Assembly (NCBI GenBank): GCA_942493095.1 | Contig: OW818675.1 | Coordinates: 510,001 to 542,000 of the forward strand | DNA: 32,000 nt | From: Candidatus Electronema halotolerans | GTDB lineage: Bacteria; Desulfobacterota; Desulfobulbia; Desulfobulbales; Desulfobulbaceae | Reading direction: 5' to 3' | Shown: positions 23,891-30,519 of the stretch, piece by piece | Position numbering within the stretch: position 1 is the stretch's first letter | Layout of the letters: the number at the start of each line of letters is the position of its first letter | Notes under the pieces: generated by a model | Database searches by the model: none | Told to the model about the DNA's origin: nothing | The model's input: only the letters and a program-made list of their open reading frames with translations | Translations under genes and position numbers: made by a program

Positions 23891-23997
23891 ACGGCTACAA
23901 CTTCACCGTAGAGGAGCTGGAAGCGGTGCTCAAAGAATCCGGCGATGTCTTTGAAAAATACGGCAATCCGCCCAAGCGTTCCATCTGGTGGACCTGA
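23891..23997 (+). pseudogene. start-less second copy of the last 34 codons plus stop of a Nif11-like gene (repeat copy B)
   Basis: Encodes GYNFTVEELEAVLKESGDVFEKYGNPPKRSIWWT*, identical to copy A. The in-frame upstream sequence runs back to TAG at 23851-23853 with no ATG or GTG. Confidence 0.7.
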
Positions 23998-24026
23998 GCG
24001 GAACCAGAGGCAGCAGGGCGGCTCAA

Positions 24027-25133
24027 TCATCTTGCCGGGATGCTCCGGGATGCCTTGACCGCCGCTGCTGCCGCATCATGAAACCAAGGCCGGAACTGGC
24101 GGATTCTGCTGTTCTCCCGGCTCGGATGAACCCGGTTGCTGAGGAGAATGACAATCAGCTCCTGCTCCGGGTCGATCCAGAATGAAGTGCCGGTGAAGCC
24201 CAGATGACCGACACTTTGGGCGGAGAAATGCCTGCCGCTGCTGGATGAGCCGGGCGTGGGTCTGTCAAAGCCGAGACACCAGGTCTGGCCGGAGAGCTGC
24301 GGCTGCAAGCCTTGGGACAGAAAAGCCGCCCAAGAGCTGGCCACGGCTTCCCCTCTCTCACCCTGCCAATTATCCAAAATCACCCCGCAGAGCTGCAACA
24401 CCCCGCTGACTGTGCCGAACAATCCCGCATGACCGGCAAGGCCGTTTACGAGCCAGCAATGCTCATCATGCACCTCACCCCGCATCATCCTGCCCCGCCA
24501 TGAGCACTGCTCTGTGGCGGCGCAGTTCTGCCTCTGCTCCACGCTGACCTGACAGAGCAGCTCTTTTCCCAGCCCCAGCGGCCCCGCAATCCGCTCCTGA
24601 AAATTGGCGGCCAAATCCTTGTCAGTCAACTCCTCCGCTATCCACCCCAGCAGAATGAAGCCAAGATCGCTGTACAAACAGCGGCTCTCCGGCGCATAGG
24701 CCATTGGCTCGTTGAGAATGAGACGAAGCAACCGCGCCTTGTGGTCCGTTTTTTGCACCGGCGCAAAGGTCTTGAACCACGGCTGATAAGCGGCCAGCCC
24801 GGATGAATGCGAGAGCAGCCTGCGCAGCGTGATCTGCTGTTTGTCCGGCGGCACATCAGGCAGCAGATCAGCCAGCCTGTCTTCCAGCCGGAGCCGCCCT
24901 TCCGCAAAAAAATCGTAGAAAAGCAAGGTGGTCGAAAGGGCCTTGCTCAACGAGGCCAGATCAAACAGGGTGGCCGCCGTCACCAGGGACTGGTCGCGGC
25001 TGTCCATGACTCCGGCCCACGCTGTCCACGTCTGCCGGGCCGGGCCAGTGCCGCAGGCGACTGCCGCTGCCGCGCCGGGAAAAACCTGTTCGGCAAGCCC
25101 CTGCCGCAGGAGCCGCTGTAGTGTCTGGATCAT
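24027..25133 (-). CDS. beta-lactamase-family serine hydrolase (class C / esterase / PBP-like)
   Basis: SLSKAL (SxxK), YSDLGF (YxN-like) and GHLGFTGTSFW (K/H-T/S-G box). Confidence 0.85.
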   Translation of the reverse strand: MIQTLQRLLRQGLAEQVFPGAAAAVACGTGPARQTWTAWAGVMDSRDQSLVTAATLFDLASLSKALSTTLLFYDFFAEGRLRLEDRLADLLPDVPPDKQQITLRRLLSHSSGLAAYQPWFKTFAPVQKTDHKARLLRLILNEPMAYAPESRCLYSDLGFILLGWIAEELTDKDLAANFQERIAGPLGLGKELLCQVSVEQRQNCAATEQCSWRGRMMRGEVHDEHCWLVNGLAGHAGLFGTVSGVLQLCGVILDNWQGERGEAVASSWAAFLSQGLQPQLSGQTWCLGFDRPTPGSSSSGRHFSAQSVGHLGFTGTSFWIDPEQELIVILLSNRVHPSRENSRIRQFRPWFHDAAAAAVKASRSIPAR

Positions 25134-25153
25134 GTTTGAGGGTCATATTTGGG

Positions 25154-25298
25154 TGTTGAAAACTTGTTGAAAACCTGTTGATAACTTGTTGATAACTTCC
25201 TGCCGCCGCTGCCGCCCGCCGAGTTATCAACAAGTTATTAACAAAGTTATCAACACCTCTTTTACTGAAAAACAAGCAGGTTGCGTTAGTTTTCAACA
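25154..25298. repeat. array of eight 11-bp iteron-like units, 4 forward and 4 inverted, around a GC-rich spacer
   Basis: Forward units: TGTTGAAAACT (25154), TGTTGAAAACC (25165), TGTTGATAACT (25176), TGTTGATAACT (25187). The spacer is tcctgccgccgctgccgcccgccg. Inverted units: AGTTATCAACA (25222), AGTTATTAACA (25233), AGTTATCAACA (25245), AGTTTTCAACA (25288). TTATCAACA matches the DnaA-box consensus TTATCCACA at 8 of 9. A tract that is 27/30 A+T follows at 25321-25350. Confidence 0.8.
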
Positions 25299-25363
25299 GG
25301 TGCGGCCCGTCCCAACAACAATAGGTTATATATATACAATATATTTATTAAGGCCGCTCCGAC

Positions 25364-25453
25364 CTGTGGAAAACTGCGTCATAAAAAAAGCCCGTGACCA
25401 AAAAGATCACGGGCTGCGAACATCTTTGAACGAAAAACGGTCAGCGGCTCACC
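25364..25453. repeat. direct repeat R1 (distal copy of the dsrH-like 3' end and terminator region)
   Basis: Aligns to 26458-26549 with a few substitutions and 1-3-nt indels, roughly nine-tenths identical by eye. Confidence 0.75.
25383..25415 (-). terminator. Rho-independent terminator (within R1)
   Basis: On the minus strand: AGCCCGTGA, loop, TCACGGGCT, followed by TTTTTTT. Confidence 0.7.
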
Positions 25454-26457
25454 GTAGCTGAAAAAAAGAGGCGGAAAACTGGAAACTGCGTTGGAGATTC
25501 AAATTATCGTTATATATCAAACAGATTCAGTTGAACAAAACCGGGTTCTTTCAAATTGATTTTTTGCTGGGCAGACTCACCTTCTTTCAAACCGCCTAAT
25601 CTGTTGATATTTTTTACTATTGTCGGGACACAATATTCGGATGCGCTTTCTTTTACTTGGAGGGTATTAAAACGAAGCACTCTCCAGCCTTCTGTTTTCA
25701 AATTATTGTCACGAACATTATCTTTTGCGGCTTGTTGACGATTTGCGTGCCAAAAGTCTCCGTCTGTTTCAACGTCAATCTTTCCTGATTGACAATATAT
25801 TGCAAAATCCAAAGCATAGTGTCTGTTATTAACATTTACAAACTCCTGACGTTCCGCATTTATCTGCAACCGTTTAAATTCTGACCATAAACGGTCTTCA
25901 AGGGGACTTGCATCGAAAAGATCATTTATTTCAACTGCTGTGACAAACTTTTCCCATGTTGTCGAAATGAACACTAATCGTCTGTAACGCCTGCTGAGAA
26001 TAGGTTTTGGTAAACGTTTAAGGGGCGGATCGATAAAAATTTGGTAATACCTTTTCCTGCTTTTTACATTAGCAGGTTCATCAGGAAAAAGCTGCCATCT
26101 GTAAGCCTTTTTGATATCTAATATTTTCGCGTAATAGTTTATCGCATAAGCATCTTTGCCAAAGACTTTCGTCATGTAAAACGCTATAAAGCAAGGAGGC
26201 CAACGCTTTTTCAGCCATTTCTCAACGCTGCTGACAGGAATCCGATACCAATGCTTTTCATTCACAATGGAAAAATCATGCAAATTGTTAATTATTGCCA
26301 CAAGCACTTCGTTATGCAAATCGTTATCCATTACAACAGCTTCAAATGAAGGCCTTCAACAGCAGCCAAGTTAATCCGCGCATCTGCCCCCTCCACGCGA
26401 GAACTTCAGCACTTTCCGAAAAATCATCCAAGGCATGGAATTTCAGACAGTACCAAT
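25454..26457. mobile_element. low-GC single-gene insertion ('cassette 2') between R1 and R2
   Basis: Markedly AT-rich compared with the flanks and carries only the DUF559-type nuclease gene. No recombinase gene is present. Confidence 0.45.
25510..26331 (-). CDS. DUF559 / Vsr-like restriction-endonuclease-fold protein with an uncharacterised N-terminal domain
   Basis: The C-terminus YALDFAIYCQSGKIDVETDGDFWHANRQQAAKDNVRDNNLKTEGWRVLRF is the classic DUF559 pattern (D...E.DG..H....D..R...L...GW.VLRF). The N-terminal ~150 aa (HWYRIPV..., FIAFYMTK..., RRLVFISTTW) is not assigned. Confidence 0.75.
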   Translation of the reverse strand: MDNDLHNEVLVAIINNLHDFSIVNEKHWYRIPVSSVEKWLKKRWPPCFIAFYMTKVFGKDAYAINYYAKILDIKKAYRWQLFPDEPANVKSRKRYYQIFIDPPLKRLPKPILSRRYRRLVFISTTWEKFVTAVEINDLFDASPLEDRLWSEFKRLQINAERQEFVNVNNRHYALDFAIYCQSGKIDVETDGDFWHANRQQAAKDNVRDNNLKTEGWRVLRFNTLQVKESASEYCVPTIVKNINRLGGLKEGESAQQKINLKEPGFVQLNLFDI

Positions 26458-26549
26458 CTGTGAAAAACTGCGCCATGAAAAAAGCCCGTGACCAGAAGAT
26501 CACGGGCTGCGAAACATCTCTGAACGAAAAAGCTCGTCAGCGGCTCACC
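26458..26549. repeat. direct repeat R2 (proximal copy, containing the dsrH-like stop codon and operon terminator)
   Basis: See R1. The repeat ends at GGTGAGCCG, which contains the TGA stop at 26545-26547. Confidence 0.75.
26478..26508 (-). terminator. Rho-independent terminator of the tusA-dsrEFH operon (within R2)
   Basis: On the minus strand: AGCCCGTGA, loop, TCACGGGCT, followed by TTTTTT. Confidence 0.7.
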
Positions 26550-26718
26550 ACCAGCAGACAGTCTTGTCAGCGGCGAAAATCTTGCTCACCAGCTCATCGT
26601 AGTTGGGATTTTCCTCATAGAGACGGAATTCATCCGCCTCCCGGTCACGGTTGAGAATCTCAACCAAGGTCGTGACCACCTCGTTCGGCTCGGAACGATA
26701 CACTTGCAGCATTTTCAT
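26545..26718 (-). CDS. 57-aa DsrH/TusB-like mini-protein
   Basis: Below the ORF-track cut-off. GGAGGAG RBS lies 10 nt upstream. MKMLQVYRSEPNEVVTTLVEIL... and ...NYDELVSKIFAADKTVCWW resemble the N- and C-terminal ends of DsrH/TusB with the middle missing. Alignment is by eye. Confidence 0.45.
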   Translation of the reverse strand: MKMLQVYRSEPNEVVTTLVEILNRDREADEFRLYEENPNYDELVSKIFAADKTVCWW

Positions 26719-26733
26719 GATGATCTTCTCCTC

Positions 26734-27081
26734 CTATTCCGCGCAGGCTGGCGGCGGCTCATTGGTCTGCTTGGACAGGCCGTAGGGAATGATGATATCA
26801 GCCTCGCGCATTCTCTCGCCCAGGGCCTGAAGATCGATTTCAGTCAGAGACACGTCCTCCGGCAGATCATCCGGCGCAGGCGCGCCGCAGGTGAAGACCT
26901 CGCCCTCCATGTCGGCAATCCAAGCGATGTTCTCAGCCATGTAGCTGGAGAACTTCGGAAATTCTCCGTTCAAGATCACCGGGTAGCCGTAGTGGTTCTC
27001 TACGGCCAGCCCCAGTGCCGAACGGATGCCGTCGTTGTACATCCGGTTGGCGATCAGCACATATACTTTCAGCGATTCCAT
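26734..27081 (-). CDS. DsrF/DsrE-like family protein
   Basis: 115 aa. KVYVLIANRMYNDGIRSALGLA fits a DsrE/F fold N-terminus, and its operon position lies between the dsrE-like and dsrH-like genes. Confidence 0.55.
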   Translation of the reverse strand: MESLKVYVLIANRMYNDGIRSALGLAVENHYGYPVILNGEFPKFSSYMAENIAWIADMEGEVFTCGAPAPDDLPEDVSLTEIDLQALGERMREADIIIPYGLSKQTNEPPPACAE

Positions 27082-27094
27082 AGCAGGGGCCTCC

Positions 27095-27427
27095 TTATAA
27101 GACGATGTACTTGCCGCATTCGTCCAGCAGCGCGCCGTGGAATGCCTGAGTTCGCATCTGCTTGGCGGTCAGTCCGGCAGGAATGTCCTTAGCCGAGTCA
27201 TAGCCCTCGCAGGTGTAGCTGTCCGCGCAGATGGCCAAGTTGTCCTCGCCGCACAGCTCGGCCAGCGGCTGAAAGCGGGGGTCCTTGGTCAGATGAACGG
27301 ATTTGTAGGTAAAGAAAATCATCGGCTTTTTGCCAGCTCTTGCCGCAGCTTGGGCAATTCCCACCACATGCGTCATCTGCTGGGGCGAGGTGACAAAAAT
27401 CGCCAGTTTGTCTGGATCAGCAGCCAT
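27095..27427 (-). CDS. DsrE family sulfur-relay protein
   Basis: 110 aa. KLAIFVTSPQQMTHVVGIAQAAARAG, with an ICADSYTCEGY Cys region where DsrE has its active-site Cys. Confidence 0.65.
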   Translation of the reverse strand: MAADPDKLAIFVTSPQQMTHVVGIAQAAARAGKKPMIFFTYKSVHLTKDPRFQPLAELCGEDNLAICADSYTCEGYDSAKDIPAGLTAKQMRTQAFHGALLDECGKYIVL

Positions 27428-27476
27428 TTGGCTTATCCTCCTTGGTTATGGCTTTGCAAAGCGGTTGCGGAAAGAA

Positions 27477-27734
27477 TCAGCCCTTCTGAACAAAAAAGCT
27501 CATGTAGCCGGTCTCTTCCTTCTCGCCCAGATACTCATGACCGGCCCGGGCGCACCAGCCAGGAATGTCGTTGCGGGAACCAGGATCAGTGCCGTCAACC
27601 TGGAGGATTTCTCCAGTATTGATCTTGTTGATTTCCTTTTTGGTTTTCAACAGCGGCATTGGGCAGCTCAAACCTTTCGCATCCAGAACCGCAGCCGGGG
27701 TCAGGCCCTCAGGGGCTTTTTTCACATCGCTCAT
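27477..27734 (-). CDS. tusA: TusA-family sulfurtransferase
   Basis: LDAKGLSCPMPLLKTKK contains the CPxP active-site motif. 85 aa. Confidence 0.9.
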   Translation of the reverse strand: MSDVKKAPEGLTPAAVLDAKGLSCPMPLLKTKKEINKINTGEILQVDGTDPGSRNDIPGWCARAGHEYLGEKEETGYMSFFVQKG

Positions 27735-28189
27735 TGTGCATTCTCCTTATCGTGAATGAAAAAAAAAGAGTGGTTATTCCTTGTGCTGAACTGCCTTTGA
27801 TCAGGCCTTTTTTTCAGCTCATCAGCTAACTGAGATTTGTTCTCTATAACGAATGCAAACCTGTCTGTCAAGCTATTTCCTGCCGGAACGCCTTTGGCAG
27901 CCGGAAGGTCATCTTGTTTGAATAGCAGGGAAAAATAAACAACCCGTTGTCTATCCGCTTGATCTGGCGGCTGATTCCCTGAAAAAAATCTTGCAGGAAT
28001 GTCAGACTTTCGCAAACCCTGTCCGCCTAAAATCCTCAAGAAAAAAACTGTACAAACAGGACGGAAAATTATAAAATATTTTTCCGACAATTCAGCGCCA
28101 ACAGACTGCCTCTGCTTTTTTGGCGGAGACAGTTTATGAACAGACTGTATAACTGTCGGAACCTCAAGAGAAAAGAGGATGGAGAGACT

Positions 28190-29515
28190 ATGAGTGAATC
28201 AAGTTTTGTCGGCAAGACAAGAAACCTGTACAAGCAGGTCTGCGAGACTGAGTGGGAGGCCAACATCACCGGCGTGATTGTCGCCCTGCTCAGTATCCTG
28301 CTGATGGTCTGGTGGCGGCCTTGGGGCGCAGTGGGGGCGATCCGCAACTGGGGCGACTGGCTGCTCTCCTTTGTCGGCGGCGCAACTCCCAAGTCAATTT
28401 TCATTGACTCCGGCTCCGTGATCGGCATCGGCTTTCTCGGCGGAGCCTTTCTCTCCGCCTTTTTGGCCGGACAGTTCGCCTTCCGTTTTCCACCCTACCG
28501 CGAGGCGGTCAAAGGCGCAATCGCCGGAGTGCTGATGGGAGTCGGCTCGGCCTTGGCTGGCGGCTGCAATGTCGGCGGCATGTACAACGCCCTTGGCAAT
28601 CTGGCCGCCAACGGCTTCAGCATGTGGCTGGGAATCGTCGCCGGAGTCCTCCTCGGTCTCTGGCTGATCTACAAGGAAATGGAGCATATTTCCTGGGGCG
28701 ACAACGGCGCGTGGACTGTTGACCTGCCCCGCGAGCTGCAAACCCTGCTCGGCCTGCTGACCTTTTTCGCCCTGCTTGCCGGAGCGCGCTGGTACAGCAG
28801 CTACAGCGGCGAGGACAACGCTGACATCATCACCTCGCTGTCCGGGGTGCTGCTGCTGGCCGCAGGCATCGGCTATGCCATGCACCGGGGCCGCTGGTGC
28901 ATGATTCAGGGCTTCCGCGAGCCGCACATGACGGGCGACTGCACCTTGGCCAAATCTGTGGCGCTGTCCATTTTCGTCCTTGCCATTGGCGGGGCAGTGG
29001 TCAAATATGCCGTACCGGTCAAAGGCGCGGCAGTGCTCAATCCTGCCTATTATGTGCGCGGCACCTTTGGCTGGGGCGGCGTGCTGGGCGGCTTCCTCTT
29101 TGGAATAGGCGGCATGTTCGCAGGCGGCTGCGGCTCCGGCACCCTCTGGCGGGTCGGCGAAGGTCAGCTCAAGCTCTGGATTGTCGTGCCCTTCTTCGGC
29201 ATAGCCAATTCCCTGATGACCAAATGGTTCAGCATGGATGTCGAGGTCAGCGGCAATGGCCTCAAGAGCCTGATGGCTCAGGCAAAACTTGGTCTGATCG
29301 GCTATGATGTTGACGAGGTCAAGGAAGCGATTGCAACAGGCGGCAGTCTGACAGTCTCCGGCATTGAGAAGGCCGGGTATCTGGGCCGATACATCTACAT
29401 GCCCGATGCCATCGGCTTTGGCTGGACCTTAACCATCATCACCTTTATGATGGCCCTCTGGTATGTGGTTGTGACCTGGAACGAGGAGAGCAACAAGCTG
29501 ATCGTGCCCATGTGA
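28190..29515 (+). CDS. YeeE/YedE family sulfur-compound (thiosulfate) transporter, long form
   Basis: Multiple TM segments with AGGCNVGG and AGGCGSGTLWR motifs. I chose ATG 28190 (GGAGAG RBS) within track ORF 28136..29515. A C-terminal extension of ~90 aa carries one further TM segment. Confidence 0.8.
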   Translation: MSESSFVGKTRNLYKQVCETEWEANITGVIVALLSILLMVWWRPWGAVGAIRNWGDWLLSFVGGATPKSIFIDSGSVIGIGFLGGAFLSAFLAGQFAFRFPPYREAVKGAIAGVLMGVGSALAGGCNVGGMYNALGNLAANGFSMWLGIVAGVLLGLWLIYKEMEHISWGDNGAWTVDLPRELQTLLGLLTFFALLAGARWYSSYSGEDNADIITSLSGVLLLAAGIGYAMHRGRWCMIQGFREPHMTGDCTLAKSVALSIFVLAIGGAVVKYAVPVKGAAVLNPAYYVRGTFGWGGVLGGFLFGIGGMFAGGCGSGTLWRVGEGQLKLWIVVPFFGIANSLMTKWFSMDVEVSGNGLKSLMAQAKLGLIGYDVDEVKEAIATGGSLTVSGIEKAGYLGRYIYMPDAIGFGWTLTIITFMMALWYVVVTWNEESNKLIVPM

Positions 29516-29541
29516 TCAGCCTGCGGTCATGGATGGAAAAA

Positions 29542-29577
29542 AACGCTGCGTCCGGCAATGGCGCAGCGTTTTTTTTG
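29542..29577 (+). terminator. Rho-independent terminator of yeeE
   Basis: AACGCTGCG (29542-29550), 11-nt loop, CGCAGCGTT (29562-29570), running into T8. Confidence 0.75.
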
Positions 29578-29669
29578 CTGAAAACGCAAAAAGAGCCTTG
29601 ACTTTTCCTCCTTGCAGTGTTTGTGTTAGCGCAGGAGCTTGTTTTTTCATCAAGAAAAGGAGGGGCAAA

Positions 29670-29918
29670 ATGAAAGCGTTCTTTGGAATGACTGCTGCCG
29701 TGCTGCTGGTTGTGACGATGCTCTTTGTGGCATTGCCCGGAACTGCGATAGTTTTTTATGATACAAACTGCGAAAACAACAACGTAGTTTATACTGCAAT
29801 CAGCAAAATTAAGGAAAAGTGCAGCGTAAAGAAATGTGTCTCCAATTATTTCATCAAGTCTGCAAACGCAAAAGTATCGGCCAGCGGAATGCCCCTCCCT
29901 GCTGCCCGGCCAAAATAA
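29670..29918 (+). CDS. small signal-anchored hypothetical protein (82 aa)
   Basis: AAGGAGG RBS. MKAFFGMTAAVLLVVTMLFVALPG is a hydrophobic N-terminus. Local GC is lower. This is the internal ATG of track ORF 29529..29918. Confidence 0.5.
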   Translation: MKAFFGMTAAVLLVVTMLFVALPGTAIVFYDTNCENNNVVYTAISKIKEKCSVKKCVSNYFIKSANAKVSASGMPLPAARPK

Positions 29919-29938
29919 GGGGCAAAAGGAAAACAGAA

Positions 29939-30307
29939 ATGAATTGGTATTTGGAAGTGGTGAAAAAGTATGCTGAATTCTCTGGAAGGGCACGGCGGAT
30001 GGAATACTGGATGTTTGCTCTTTTCAACGTCATCATCGCCTTTGCATTGGGTATTTTTGAAGGAATATTCGGGGCAATCATAGGAGTTGACCTGAATATT
30101 CTGTCATTTCTTTACGCAGCTGCCATCTTGCTGCCGAGCATCGCTGTTACAGTGCGGCGACTGCATGATACAGGCCGGAGCGGCTTGTGGATTCTCATTG
30201 GTCTTGTCCCAGTTATCGGCTGGTTCGCATTGCTTGTATTTTGTGTGCAGGACAGCCAGCCGGGCCAAAATCAATATGGCTCCAATCCAAAGGAGATCAC
30301 CTCCTGA
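29939..30307 (+). CDS. DUF805 family inner-membrane protein (YhaH/YhaI-like)
   Basis: GRARRMEYWMF, VTVRRLHDTGRSGLW and a GQNQYGSNP tail. This is the internal ATG of track ORF 29819..30307. Confidence 0.8.
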   Translation: MNWYLEVVKKYAEFSGRARRMEYWMFALFNVIIAFALGIFEGIFGAIIGVDLNILSFLYAAAILLPSIAVTVRRLHDTGRSGLWILIGLVPVIGWFALLVFCVQDSQPGQNQYGSNPKEITS

Positions 30308-30429
30308 AAGGATGCATCAGGGTTCTTGCTCGTTCCACGCTCCAGCACTGGAACACACAGCCCGCAACATGCTGCTTGCTTTACCGGGCAAATCTGGTTA
30401 GTTTGGTGCGTTGCAGCCATTGCCTTGAT

Positions 30430-30458
30430 GAGGCGGGCGGCAACGCCCTCTTTTTTTT
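30430..30458 (+). terminator. Rho-independent terminator
   Basis: GAGGCGGGCG, loop GCAA, CGCCCTC, followed by T8. Confidence 0.6.
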
Positions 30459-30519
30459 CAAGGCAGCAGACGTTGCGCCTGCAACGGGTAAATCATCAAT
30501 AAAAAAGCGAGCATAGCCA

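Noticed and set aside
25154-25298. Possible CRISPR array
   Set aside because: The units are only 11 bp, directly abutting with no spacers, and switch orientation. No cas genes are present, so this is not a CRISPR array.
22962-26457. Integron gene cassettes / attC sites
   Set aside because: The flanking repeats differ between the two cassettes. One is protein-coding and the other a terminator. I saw no GTTRRRY/RYYYAAC core pairs at the boundaries and no intI gene.
30308-30519. Cobalamin riboswitch upstream of cobT
   Set aside because: I looked for the B12-box (GCCACTG-like) and the conserved GGTG...AANCC stems and found only 'agcactgg'. The region is better explained by the DUF805 terminator plus a short leader. 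A covariance-model scan (Rfam RF00174) would settle it.
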